DNA from: a bacterium UBP13_UBA5359
GTDB lineage: Bacteria; UBP13; UBA5359
Length of the DNA: 64,000 nt
Assembly (NCBI GenBank): GCA_002410925.1
Contig: DHPR01000033.1
Coordinates: forward strand, 142,397-206,396
Direction: 5' to 3'
This document shows positions 1-9,856 of this stretch, piece by piece (positions within the stretch are counted from its first letter, which is position 1; every line of letters starts with the position of its first letter). The notes below the pieces were generated by a model. That model searched no databases and had not been told where the DNA came from. It was given only the letters and a program-made list of their open reading frames with translations. The position numbers and the translations under genes were made by a program.

Positions 1-844
1 CCAGATTGCATATCTCTCTACCCTGTTTTACAAAGGGTAAGAGACCGGCCAAGACGCCGGCGACAAAGGCATCGCCTGCGCCGGTGGTATCAACCACATG
101 CACCTTGAAACCGGGAATCTGCCCGCTGGCGGCAAGTGTCCTGTAGTAACTTCCGGCTGCACCCAGCGTGACCGTTACCAGCTTTACACCCATATCCAGA
201 ATAAGGCTGCATCCCTTATCCATATCATTTGTACCTGTTATAAAAGTCAGCTCCTCTGTGCTCGCTTTAACAATATCCGCACCTTCCAGAGCCGCTCTTA
301 CACCTTTCCTGGCCGTTTCTGCGTCAGGCCATAAGGAGAGCCTGATATTAGGATCATAGGATATTAGAGCACCGGCAGAAGCTGCTGCCCGGCGAGCAAC
401 AAGGGTAGCTGCGCGGTTAGGCTCGCTTATAAGTGATATAGACCCATGATGAAATATCCTGCAGTCAGCAAGATAGTCGGTATCTATATCGCTTTCGGAT
501 AAAAACATATCCGCACCAGGATCTCTATAAAAAATGAAATCTCTTTCACCATTATTCATCAGAGAGACAAAGGCCAACGCCGTATGAGCGCGTCTTTCCG
601 ATAGCATGCAGGTGGTATCCACGCCTTCATCGGATAGTGTATGACACAGGAAATCTCCAAAAGGGTCTGCTCCTACCTTTCCGATAAAGCCGACGCTCTT
701 TCCCAGCCTGGATAGAGCCACGGCAACATTGGCAGGCGCTCCGCCTGCAGCACGAAGGAATCCCGGAGCTTCTTCCAAAGAGACTCCTGATTCGGTGGAT
801 ACAAGATCTATCAGCGCTTCACCCAGCGTTACTATATCCGGCAT
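1..844 (-). CDS. PfkB-family carbohydrate kinase (fructokinase-like), 3' end outside window
   Basis: Manual translation from ATG at 844 after a GAGGAGG SD: MPDIVTLGEALIDLVS...GGAPANVAVALSRLG...GKVGADPFG...DTTGAGDAFV, which are PfkB signatures; not in the ORF track because it is truncated. Confidence 0.9.
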   Translation of the reverse strand, partial: MPDIVTLGEALIDLVSTESGVSLEEAPGFLRAAGGAPANVAVALSRLGKSVGFIGKVGADPFGDFLCHTLSDEGVDTTCMLSERRAHTALAFVSLMNNGERDFIFYRDPGADMFLSESDIDTDYLADCRIFHHGSISLISEPNRAATLVARRAAASAGALISYDPNIRLSLWPDAETARKGVRAALEGADIVKASTEELTFITGTNDMDKGCSLILDMGVKLVTVTLGAAGSYYRTLAASGQIPGFKVHVVDTTGAGDAFVAGVLAGLLPFVKQGREICNL

Positions 845-902
845 GTCTGTCCCTCCTCTAATAGATTTTTAGCCTCCAGGCGTTTAGTAATATTACCAAT
901 GA

Positions 903-2177
903 TTACGTTCTTCTCATTCTTCTTGCAAGCCGAGCCGCTTCGGCCGAAGCGGCGGATATACCCGCCAGATAGCCTGTTGAAAAAGCTGCTTGAAGATTGT
1001 AACCGCCGGTAGGACCGTCGATATCGATAATTTCGCCGGCAAAGAAAAGGCCCGGCAAGAGGCGCGATTCCATTGTTAAAGGATCTATCTCTCTTGTCGG
1101 TATACCACCGGCTGTCACAATAGCTTCTGCAAGAGGCCGTGCGGAAGAAATAACAAAGGATAAGTCTTTTAATTTGCTTACCAATCGGCATCTCTCTTCT
1201 ACATCTATATGGCTGATCACCTTGTTCGCATCAAGCCGGCAGAGCTCTAGAAATAGTGATACCAGCCTGGCCGGCAGAAGTGTTCTCAAATAATTCTTTA
1301 TTGTCTGCCGCCCCACCATTTCTCTGATAAGCCTCCGTTGCAGCTCCTGCTCGGGTATGGCCGGTTTAAGATCTATAGAGATCACAACATTCTTTCGTTC
1401 TGCTAACAGGGGCACCGCCAGCCGTGATAAGGTCAGAATGATAGGGCCGGAGAGTCCGTCGGAAGTAAAAACCATTTCGCCGGCTTCAGAAGCAAGGGCA
1501 TGGTCATCAGATATCACAGTGGCTCTTACGTTACGAAGGCTGATCCCCTCAAGCTTTGAGACAAAGCCTTCTTTTACAACCAGCGGAACTAATGAAGGAA
1601 GAGGCGTTGCTACGGTATGACCTGCTGATGCGGCCAGGCGGTAACCATCACCCGTCGATCCTGTTCTAGGATACGATGCTCCGCCGGTAGCCAGGATAAC
1701 TTTATCGGCCTCTATGGTGCCACCGGTTATCTTAACACCGGCCAACGCAGATTGATGTATTAACAGACCGGTACAACGGTTTCCTGTTCTGACCTCCACT
1801 CCGGCTCTTTTTACCCAGGAGAGCAGTGCTAAGAGAACGTCGGCAGCCCGGTCGGTAAAGGGAAAAAGCCTTCCTCCTCTCTCCACTTTTACCTGAACAC
1901 CATTACCTGCAAGAATTTCAATAAGATCCTCTCTAAAGAACCTGGAGAATGCTCTGTAAAGAAAACGTCCATCCGGTGCGAAGGCTTGTACAAATTCCTT
2001 TATAGAGGCAGTGTTGGAAATATTGCACCTCCCCTTGCCGGTAATAAGCAGCTTTACGCCGGGAGCTGAATTGCGCTCTATAATGCGCACAGAGGCCCCT
2101 GCTCTGGCCGCACTGCCCGCTGCCAGAAGGCCGGCGGGCCCGGCACCGACAACTACTACTTTCACAGGCGGCTTCAT
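903..2177 (-). CDS. HI0933/YhiN-family NAD(P)/FAD-dependent flavoprotein
   Basis: GAGPAG, KLLITGKGRCNISN, ATGGASYPRTGSTGDGY and GGYNLQAAFSTG motifs. Confidence 0.92.
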   Translation of the reverse strand: MKPPVKVVVVGAGPAGLLAAGSAARAGASVRIIERNSAPGVKLLITGKGRCNISNTASIKEFVQAFAPDGRFLYRAFSRFFREDLIEILAGNGVQVKVERGGRLFPFTDRAADVLLALLSWVKRAGVEVRTGNRCTGLLIHQSALAGVKITGGTIEADKVILATGGASYPRTGSTGDGYRLAASAGHTVATPLPSLVPLVVKEGFVSKLEGISLRNVRATVISDDHALASEAGEMVFTSDGLSGPIILTLSRLAVPLLAERKNVVISIDLKPAIPEQELQRRLIREMVGRQTIKNYLRTLLPARLVSLFLELCRLDANKVISHIDVEERCRLVSKLKDLSFVISSARPLAEAIVTAGGIPTREIDPLTMESRLLPGLFFAGEIIDIDGPTGGYNLQAAFSTGYLAGISAASAEAARLARRMRRT

Positions 2178-2848
2178 TTGAATAGTGATGCCGGCGGTCT
2201 GGCCACAGCCTTGAGCCTCAAATATCCGTTAGATACGTTGATATTTGTTATGCTCATCGGGAAGGCAAACTTGGATAGATCCAGTATCGGATTGATACCA
2301 TCCAGCAAACGCCTGATATATCTATCATTGCCATACGCTTTGTTTGGCACCAAAACAAGAGAGTTTTCTCGATCAACAGCCAATCTGCCTATAACAGTTT
2401 GATTCTCACCGTTATGACGCACCCTGAGTGTAACCCGATTATCATTTAGATTTATCTCCAGGCCGGATAGATCTCTTTTCTCACGGCGAGCAAAAGCATT
2501 GAGAGCCGCTTGATCTATGTCCATCCGGATGTAGGATTTGCCAACGGATGATAGCTTGCGGCCGGAGATATTGTAGCTGATATCATTGATATCTATACAG
2601 ACATAATCGGCTATCAGATCTCCCGCAATATTTACTCTTTTCCCCGTTACCGTAAGCCTGTCAACCTTTCCTTGCACCAGTTTATACTGCGGAGTGCTTG
2701 CCAGTTTTACATCGTATGAAGCAGCTTTACCTACTTTCTCCTGTAGTTCCTGCTTCAGCTTGGCCTCCACTATTTTCTGGGCGTTAGCGCATCCTGCCAG
2801 CATAATGGCAATCGCAGCCAGCAGCAGCGACAGCCTTGCTCTGAACAT
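2174..2848 (-). CDS. DUF2993/LmeA-like lipoprotein
   Basis: Lipobox LAGC; LVQGKVDRLTVTG segment and beta-rich C-terminus resemble DUF2993. Confidence 0.6.
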   Translation of the reverse strand: MFRARLSLLLAAIAIMLAGCANAQKIVEAKLKQELQEKVGKAASYDVKLASTPQYKLVQGKVDRLTVTGKRVNIAGDLIADYVCIDINDISYNISGRKLSSVGKSYIRMDIDQAALNAFARREKRDLSGLEINLNDNRVTLRVRHNGENQTVIGRLAVDRENSLVLVPNKAYGNDRYIRRLLDGINPILDLSKFAFPMSITNINVSNGYLRLKAVARPPASLFK

Positions 2849-2947
2849 GACGTTTCACTCCTTTGTAATCACTATCACCTTATTACAGAGATATAGTTAA
2901 ATCTTATCATAATCAGCAAGCTTTGCCTATACAAGCATAAAAAAAGA

Positions 2948-3967
2948 TCAAAGAACTATGCTTAATTTCTCTTTGCATTTCGGGCAATGACCATCTTCTG
3001 CCAGCAATACCCTCACTGCACCGGAAAGACTTCTCTCTATAGCTGTGGCTCCGCATAAAGGACAGAAAGTGTTTTGCGATAAATGTCCGGGAACATTACC
3101 TATATATACATACCGCAGGCCGCTATCCATGCCTATTTGCCTGGCCCACTCAAGTCTATCAACAGGAGTAGGTTCCAGGTATGATAGCTCACCGTAAGGG
3201 AAGAAACGGGTTACATGCCATGGTGTATCAGAGCCAAGATTCTTGGCAATCCATGTTGCCATGCTGGTAAGCTGAACTTCATCATCATTAAATGTCGGTA
3301 TAAGATTTGTCACCACTTCAATATGCGCATTCCATATTTTGGCAGCTCTGAGCGTACATTCCAGTATCGGTCCCATGTCAGGAATACGGGCTAATTTCAT
3401 ATATGCTTCATTATTGAATGCCTTTATATCAACTCTGTAAACATCCAAGAAAGGCCCGATGGCATCGATAGCCTCTGCTGTGGCATATCCATTAGTGACA
3501 TAAACAGTATACAGCCCTCTTTCTCTGGCTAATTTGGCGGAGTCAATAGTATATTCCAGCCAAATAGTAGGCTCATTATATGTCCAGGCGATGCCTCGGC
3601 AATCGTTTAAAAGAGCTATGCTCACAAGCTCTTCAGGCGTCACATCCTCCAAGGAGCTCAAATGCGGCGTAGGATCAACGCAGGCAATTTCCCAATTTTG
3701 ACAATGAATACAGCGCAAGTTACAGCCCCATGTGCCGGCCGAATAAACATATGAACTTGGATGATAATGAAAGACCGGTTTCTTCTCTATGGGATCTGCG
3801 TTCATAGAAGAAACCTTATTGTATATCAGAGAATAAATCTTACCGCCTCTATTCTCCCTGGTCCAGCAGTATCCTCTCTGGCCGTCATTTATATAACATG
3901 AACGAGCACAAACGCGACAATGTGCTCTCTTGCCATCTAAATGATCGTAAAGAATAGCCTCTTTCAT
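2948..3967 (-). CDS. amrS: AmmeMemoRadiSam system radical SAM enzyme
   Basis: N-terminal CxxCxxxC, DPIEKKP, GCNLRCIHCQN (CxxxCxxC), YNEPTIWLEY, C-terminal CPxC motifs. Confidence 0.92.
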   Translation of the reverse strand: MKEAILYDHLDGKRAHCRVCARSCYINDGQRGYCWTRENRGGKIYSLIYNKVSSMNADPIEKKPVFHYHPSSYVYSAGTWGCNLRCIHCQNWEIACVDPTPHLSSLEDVTPEELVSIALLNDCRGIAWTYNEPTIWLEYTIDSAKLARERGLYTVYVTNGYATAEAIDAIGPFLDVYRVDIKAFNNEAYMKLARIPDMGPILECTLRAAKIWNAHIEVVTNLIPTFNDDEVQLTSMATWIAKNLGSDTPWHVTRFFPYGELSYLEPTPVDRLEWARQIGMDSGLRYVYIGNVPGHLSQNTFCPLCGATAIERSLSGAVRVLLAEDGHCPKCKEKLSIVL

Positions 3968-3984
3968 CTGTTTGCTCCTTTCAC

Positions 3985-4019
3985 AAAAAGGGGAATAGCT
4001 ACAGCCGATTCCCCTTTTT
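3985..4019. terminator. Intrinsic terminator-like hairpin after surE (U-tracts on both strands)
   Basis: AAAAAGGGGAAT-11nt-ATTCCCCTTTTT inverted repeat. Confidence 0.75.
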
Positions 4020-4056
4020 GTGAAGATTTAAGCTTATGTTATCGATTTTTAGAGTA

Positions 4057-4845
4057 TCAACCTTCGGTCTGCTTGCCTAGCAAGCTGCCCATATTCCAAG
4101 CTTCAAGATTACGCAGCGTAGCATAATCTGTAAGATTCATATGGATAGGAGTTATGGAGACATAACCGTTTTCCACTGCCCAGCCATCTGTTTCCGGTGA
4201 CATATCTGCCTCCAGCAGATTGCCTCCCAGCCAAAAATAGACTCTTCCTCTGGGATCAACGCGTTTCTCCAGCCTGTCTTCATATCTACGCCGTCCCTGC
4301 GAGGTAAGTCTGATTCCCTTAATCGCTGCGATCGGTATGTTAGGAAGGTTCACGTTCAGAAAGGTTCCTATCGGCAATTGCAACCCGCCATTCAATTGCT
4401 GCGCCAGGTTTGAAGCCAAAAGAGCGGCAACAGAGAAATCTATATCGATATAGGCCGCTACGGATATGGCAAAAGCGGGCAGATCAAAGAGGGTGCCTTC
4501 CATTGCACCGGAGACAGTGCCTGAATATGTCAGATCCTCACCCAGATTAGGGCCGGCATTTATCCCGGTGACTACCAGATCCGGCCTTGATCCCATTATG
4601 CCCTGTATACCCAGCACCACGCAATCAGCCGGAGTGCCGTTGGTTTTCCAGCCTTCGACTTTTGTTCCGGGAATACGAATTTTCTCAACACGTAGAGGCT
4701 TGTGTAAAGTGATAGCATGTCCGGTGGCGCTCTTTTCTCTGTCCGGAGCAACGACATATAACTCTGCCACAGGTGACAGCGCATTAACCAGATGTTTTAA
4801 TCCATCCGAATATATGCCGTCGTCATTGGTCAATAATATGCGCAC
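4057..4845 (-). CDS. surE: 5'/3'-nucleotidase SurE
   Basis: RILLTNDDG, VAPDREKSATGH, GTPADCV, GINAGPNLG, YSGTV motifs. Confidence 0.96.
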   Translation of the reverse strand: MRILLTNDDGIYSDGLKHLVNALSPVAELYVVAPDREKSATGHAITLHKPLRVEKIRIPGTKVEGWKTNGTPADCVVLGIQGIMGSRPDLVVTGINAGPNLGEDLTYSGTVSGAMEGTLFDLPAFAISVAAYIDIDFSVAALLASNLAQQLNGGLQLPIGTFLNVNLPNIPIAAIKGIRLTSQGRRRYEDRLEKRVDPRGRVYFWLGGNLLEADMSPETDGWAVENGYVSITPIHMNLTDYATLRNLEAWNMGSLLGKQTEG

Positions 4846-4846
4846 T

Positions 4847-6427
4847 TTAGAGCTCCACCATAATGCAATCGTTTATTCCTTCAAGAGCCGCAAATTTTTG
4901 CAGAACATCATCAGTCACCTGATTATCGATGCTCAATACCATCACTGCCCTGCCCAGAGGGGCTTTGCGTCCTACCTGCATACTTGCAATATTTATACCC
5001 GCATTGCCCAGGAGGGTTCCGACTTTGCCTATGATTCCCGGTTTATCTATATGGTCGGATAGTATCATACGCCCTTCCGTCTTGACATCGACACGATAGC
5101 CGTCGATAGCTACTATATGCTCCTCACCGCTATGAAGGATATTGCCGGCTATAGATCTTATACCTTGAGGACTCTCAGCTGTCACGGAGATCAAATTATC
5201 GTAACCGCGGTCATTGCTATCACGGGTTTCTGTTATCCGCATTCCCCTGGATTCGGCGACCATAGCGGCATTCACTATATTAACGCTCTCGGGCATCGCC
5301 GACGATAATACGCCGGCAATCATAGCTCTGGTGATAGCCGTGGTAGAAAGGCTGTTTATATCTCCCGCATATGCGATATCCAGGGATGTTATACCGCCGC
5401 CGGCCAGGCCATAGAGTATTTTGCCGAGCTTTGAAGCAAAGCTTATATATGGAGCGGTAGCCTCCATGACGGCTGCATCTACGGTAGGCAGGTTGACGGC
5501 TGCCCGCACGCTTCCATCTTTGAAATAGATGGCGATCTGTTCGGCAACATCTATAGCTACATTGATCTGCGCTTCGCGGGTAGATGCGCCCAGATGAGGC
5601 GTAGCGATGATATTATTACAATCCAAAAGAGGATTATCCAATGGTGGTTCATTTACAAAGACGTCCAACGCTGCACCGGCAATTTTTCCTTCGTTTAGCG
5701 CATTACAAAGAGCACTCTCGTCAATAATTCCTCCCCTGGCACAGTTGATGATCCTTGCTCCCTCTTTCATCATGGCAAACTCTTCACTGCTGATGAGATT
5801 TAACGTATCCTTTGTTTTTGGAACGTGAATCGTTATAAAATCGCCTTCTCTGAGAACCATCTCCAGAGAAGCGATCTTTATACCCATTTTAGCCGCTTTT
5901 TCTGCGGATGCAAAGGGATCATATGCCAGTACAGACATACCGAAGGCAAGAGCTCTTTTAGCCACCTCAAAGCCTATCTTGCCCAGGCCTACAACTCCCA
6001 GGGTTTTAGCATAGACCTCTACTCCGGTAAACTTGCTTCTCTTCCATTCCCTGGAGAGTCGTAACGATTGGTCGGCCTGAGGAATATTTCTTGCCAACGA
6101 CATCATCAACGCCAGAGTGTGCTCTGCAGCCGCCATGGTATTGCCATCCGGAGAATTCACCACTACTATACCCTTGCGCGTAGCTGCAGGTATAGATATG
6201 TTGTCTACACCGACGCCGGCCCTTCCTATGATCTTCAGCTTATCGGAGGCCTCTATCACGTCCTTGGTTATCTGAGATTGGCTTCTGACTATCAGTGCAT
6301 CATAGCTCTTGATTATCTCGCAAAGAGCGGCTTCATCGTTACCGGTGTTGATATCCACCTCATGGCCGGCCTCGCGAAGAATCTGTACACCCTTCTCGGA
6401 TATGGGATCACTGACAAGTATTCTCAA
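4847..6427 (-). CDS. serA: D-3-phosphoglycerate dehydrogenase (type I with ASB/ACT domains)
   Basis: GRAGVGVDN, GLGKIG, NCARGG, TPHLGAST, C-terminal ACT (DKPGIIGKVG); start moved from 6505 to TTG at 6427 after AGGAG SD. Confidence 0.96.
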   Translation of the reverse strand: MRILVSDPISEKGVQILREAGHEVDINTGNDEAALCEIIKSYDALIVRSQSQITKDVIEASDKLKIIGRAGVGVDNISIPAATRKGIVVVNSPDGNTMAAAEHTLALMMSLARNIPQADQSLRLSREWKRSKFTGVEVYAKTLGVVGLGKIGFEVAKRALAFGMSVLAYDPFASAEKAAKMGIKIASLEMVLREGDFITIHVPKTKDTLNLISSEEFAMMKEGARIINCARGGIIDESALCNALNEGKIAGAALDVFVNEPPLDNPLLDCNNIIATPHLGASTREAQINVAIDVAEQIAIYFKDGSVRAAVNLPTVDAAVMEATAPYISFASKLGKILYGLAGGGITSLDIAYAGDINSLSTTAITRAMIAGVLSSAMPESVNIVNAAMVAESRGMRITETRDSNDRGYDNLISVTAESPQGIRSIAGNILHSGEEHIVAIDGYRVDVKTEGRMILSDHIDKPGIIGKVGTLLGNAGINIASMQVGRKAPLGRAVMVLSIDNQVTDDVLQKFAALEGINDCIMVEL

Positions 6428-6554
6428 TTCCTTCACTCCTTGCTTCGAAATGCAGATTTCAAGATGCAGAAGACGGAGTTGCAAGCCCCGCACTTCAGTA
6501 TTCAAGCTTTCCTGTTTGCAGATTGGCCTTTGAGCATCTGCATCCTATTTATAA

Positions 6555-6795
6555 ATAAAAGCCTCTCATCCTAAGGGACGAGAGGCTTGATTCCCGCGTT
6601 GCCACCCTATTTGGCTGTTTGCACAGCCCTCTCTTAAGCGGTAACGGGCTTACCCGGCGATAGGCTTACTAACCCTGTAAGGGCTTTCATCCCTGCGGCT
6701 CCGGAGTGGATTCAAACATTGACAGTACCGGCTTCCACCACCCGTCGGCTCTCTGTAACTGCTACTGTTCTACTACTCTCCTTCAGCACCTTTAA
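6555..6795 (-). ncRNA. Ser-specific T-box riboswitch upstream of serA
   Basis: Minus strand: AGAGA and GGUGG stem-I loops, specifier GAA-UCC-A (Ser codon at 6708-6710), T-box AGGGUGGCAACGCG at 6595-6608, terminator GCCUCUCGUCC...GGAUGAGAGGC-UUUU. Confidence 0.92.
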
Positions 6796-6802
6796 CAGGC
6801 TG

Positions 6803-6831
6803 ATTTTAGCATAAGAAAAGTGTAAAAGCAA
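6803..6831 (-). promoter_or_regulatory. sigmaA promoter for the serA T-box leader
   Basis: TTGCTT-17nt-TAAAAT with TG extension. Confidence 0.7.
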
Positions 6832-6838
6832 GAGCACG

Positions 6839-7876
6839 TCAAAGGCTCTCGTTGCAACCGATAACAACTCCCGGATCAAGATAACGAGCAGGCCTGATAT
6901 GGGTGTAGGAACCGATAATGGCTCTGTTAAGAACGGCCCCTTCTCCGACAACTACCTTCTCCCACAGGATGCTCTCCTTAAGGGAGCTGTGACTGCCGAT
7001 TATGCTGCCGCGTCCAATAAATACGTTAGGGCCCAGATCCACTCCATCCATTATTTTGGCGCCATTCCCGATATACGCGGGGGCAATAATCCTGGCCGTA
7101 GGATTAATAACCGCATTCTCACCGATAATAATATCATTGCCCACGCCAAAGTTCAGGCCATCGATGCATATGCGCCTGGCGGCTATATCACGATGAGCCT
7201 GATAATATTTATCCGGATTGCCGATATCAAGCCAGTATGCCTCTTCAAAATAACCGTACATCGGCTGTCCGTCAGCGAGCAGATCGGGGTAGACCTTTCG
7301 CTCCAGGGAATATTCGATTTCCGGAGGAATATAATCCAATATTTCCGGTTCAAAGATATACGTACCGGCATTGATATAATGCGATGTTACAGCATCCGGT
7401 GCCGGTTTCTCGGTAAAGCGCTCTATCCTGCCACTGCTGCCGATATCTATAACGCCATAAGCTGTAGGGTCCTCCACATACGCCAGGCTTATTGTCGCTA
7501 CCGAATCTCTCTGTCTATGAAAATCAACCATTCTATCGAGATCTAAATCCGTTAAAACATCTCCGTTAAATACCATGAATCTTTCGTTAAAATGTGAAGC
7601 GGCATTCTTGACGGCGCCACCGGTTCCCAGTGGGTGCTCCTCTATAACATAATTCACCTTCATACCGAAATTATCTTCGGATTCAATATAATTTCTCAAC
7701 ATATTCGGCAGGTAGCACATGCTCATAACTACCTCCGTTATACCATAATTATGTAATCTTCGCAGCATATGGCCTATAAAGGGACGGTTAATAATTGGAA
7801 CCAATGGCTTGGGAAGAGTGTAAGTCAAAGGATATAGTCTTGTTCCTTTTCCTCCTACTAAAATCAACGCCTTCAT
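6839..7876 (-). CDS. NDP-sugar pyrophosphorylase (mannose-1-phosphate guanylyltransferase-like)
   Basis: MKALILVGGKGTRLYPLT...PKP, PLGTGG, FNGDV, WLDIG and C-terminal hexapeptide repeats; ORF track start 7894. Confidence 0.88.
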   Translation of the reverse strand: MKALILVGGKGTRLYPLTYTLPKPLVPIINRPFIGHMLRRLHNYGITEVVMSMCYLPNMLRNYIESEDNFGMKVNYVIEEHPLGTGGAVKNAASHFNERFMVFNGDVLTDLDLDRMVDFHRQRDSVATISLAYVEDPTAYGVIDIGSSGRIERFTEKPAPDAVTSHYINAGTYIFEPEILDYIPPEIEYSLERKVYPDLLADGQPMYGYFEEAYWLDIGNPDKYYQAHRDIAARRICIDGLNFGVGNDIIIGENAVINPTARIIAPAYIGNGAKIMDGVDLGPNVFIGRGSIIGSHSSLKESILWEKVVVGEGAVLNRAIIGSYTHIRPARYLDPGVVIGCNESL

Positions 7877-7997
7877 ATCATATCTCCTCGTCATTTCTCT
7901 CTGTGGCCTTGATTACAATACCCTTATTGCTTGCTTTCTAAACATAGCAAGCGTTGGCAATATGATATAGCGCATCGCGTCATAATCTCCTTAAGGC

Positions 7998-9269
7998 TTA
8001 TCCTTGCGGTAGCAGCAATATATAGCCCTCTCCATTAACAGGCATGATACCCGGTATAGCCTGTATCAAGTCTTGCCAGGTATTGAGGCGAGCGGCCACT
8101 GCCGATAGATCCCGCTCTGCCAGGTATGAAGGGAAGATAATTACATTGCGGCTTAAGTCAGCCAGGGCCACAAAGCGCAGCGTTGTTGTTGTTGACACAC
8201 CAAGTATACTCTCCATAGCTTTATCTTTCCCTATGTGCCCAGTTTGAGGAATAAAGAGGCTCCAATTACCACTCCAAAGACCTGCATCAATCAGAACAAA
8301 GGCCTGCCTTGCGCCGGAAGCAGAGCGTAGCTCCAGAGAACGCCCGGATGAAGATATATCATCATTGTTTTTATTATCAGAATATCCAGCTCTTATAGAT
8401 GATGGCGCAACAACCCTTAAGATTATTCTATCACGTTCCACTTTGATATCGGCAAAGGGCTGTTTTACGACTGCAAAGGCGGCAACAGCCTCACTCTTCA
8501 TTGCTGATGGCGCAACCGGAGCAGCCGTCTCAGCCTTATATGGTAGAGACCTTCTTTCAGAAAGCCTGCCGTTTTCGGCTTCCGGAAGAGGAGGAGCTTT
8601 CCGAACATGTGAAGCTTTATCATTATTGTCCGGAGATTCCTTTTCCGAATTCAAGCCAAGAGCATCCTGCTGCTCTATTAAGGTTGATGAACTTACCGTA
8701 GGAGATATAGCTATATCTCCTACGGTATCCGCAGGAGAATTTTTCTCAATTTCAGGCAAAATATCATTCTCGGATTTTTCTCTTTTTGCATGTAAAGGGT
8801 TCTTTGCGGCAGCAATAATCTGCACGCGTTCATCTGTTATAGGCTTGTTTTTAGGTTGTTTTGCTTGAACGCCAATGCTATACTTCTCTTCTGAAGGCGC
8901 TTTCACATACGGCCTATCCTGTACGCCGTGCATGGTGACAAGTGCCAGCAATACCATCAATGCCCCTGCTCCAGCCAGTTCAAACGGGCGTCGTGTGGCA
9001 GTAATGCTGCGGAGCAAATTTTGCCACCGGGAATTGACTTTCTGCCGCTTTGCATCGATAAGCCCGGCATGAAGCCTGGAGGCAAATCCGGCAGGCAAAT
9101 TCACACGGCGCAACCTCTGCAAATCTCTCCTGGTAATCGATATCTTTTTCAATCGCAGGCGGCAATCTGCGCAAGCGGCCAAGTGATGCTTGAAATTCTC
9201 TTTTTCTGTCGGGAGCAGCTCATCATCTATATAAGCCGATAAAAGCTCTTCACGATAACGGCACTTCAT
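7998..9269 (-). CDS. Membrane-anchored zinc-binding anti-sigma factor (zf-HC2)
   Basis: ELLSAYIDDEL...HLAACADC ZAS motif, one TM helix, unknown external domain; overlaps the sigma stop codon (ATGA). Confidence 0.85.
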   Translation of the reverse strand: MKCRYREELLSAYIDDELLPTEKENFKHHLAACADCRLRLKKISITRRDLQRLRRVNLPAGFASRLHAGLIDAKRQKVNSRWQNLLRSITATRRPFELAGAGALMVLLALVTMHGVQDRPYVKAPSEEKYSIGVQAKQPKNKPITDERVQIIAAAKNPLHAKREKSENDILPEIEKNSPADTVGDIAISPTVSSSTLIEQQDALGLNSEKESPDNNDKASHVRKAPPLPEAENGRLSERRSLPYKAETAAPVAPSAMKSEAVAAFAVVKQPFADIKVERDRIILRVVAPSSIRAGYSDNKNNDDISSSGRSLELRSASGARQAFVLIDAGLWSGNWSLFIPQTGHIGKDKAMESILGVSTTTTLRFVALADLSRNVIIFPSYLAERDLSAVAARLNTWQDLIQAIPGIMPVNGEGYILLLPQG

Positions 9270-9856
9270 TCTTCGGATCCCTCCGTATATTCGACGCTGC
9301 ATAAGTCCGGGAAGTTCCGCCGGATAATGTGTTGCAGAGCTGTTCTACCGCGATGGATTCGTGATTTGACCGTACCGAGGGATATCCCCAGCAGTTGCGC
9401 TATCTCTTGATAGCTGCGATCCTGAATATCCCGCATAATCAGAATGGCTCTTTGCTCGGAAGGCAGTTTCAACAGAGCATTCTGAATATCATTCTGAAGA
9501 AGATTGGTTTCTGCACACTCCGCCGGATTGCCGTTCGGATCCAAATCGCATCTATCGCCAATTATATCAAGTGGTACCGCAGATCTTCTGCTACGGCTAC
9601 GCGCCATATCAATAACCGTATTGGAGATAATACGATAAAGCCAGGTGGAAAAAGCTGATCGCCCGTCAAATTTGGCTACTGATTTATAGGCTTTTATCAT
9701 CGCTTCCTGAGCGATATCTTCAGCATCCGCATGGTTGCCGCACATACGATAAGCAATCTCATAAGCCTTCTGCATGTAAGGCGATATAAGCTCTTCAAAG
9801 GCATCGGTATCACCGGAGCGACAACGCTCTATCAACTTTTTTTCACAGTTATCCAA
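9266..9856 (-). CDS. ECF (RpoE/SigW-like) RNA polymerase sigma factor
   Basis: DAEDIAQEA, FSTWLYRI, SYQEIAQLLGISLGTVKSRIHRGR; start reassigned to TTG at 9856 because the longer ORF runs through a tRNA. Confidence 0.9.
   Translation of the reverse strand: MDNCEKKLIERCRSGDTDAFEELISPYMQKAYEIAYRMCGNHADAEDIAQEAMIKAYKSVAKFDGRSAFSTWLYRIISNTVIDMARSRSRRSAVPLDIIGDRCDLDPNGNPAECAETNLLQNDIQNALLKLPSEQRAILIMRDIQDRSYQEIAQLLGISLGTVKSRIHRGRTALQHIIRRNFPDLCSVEYTEGSEE

Noticed and set aside
6428..6505. serA N-terminal extension in the ORF track
   Set aside because: It lies in the T-box/repeat spacer; the SD supports TTG at 6427
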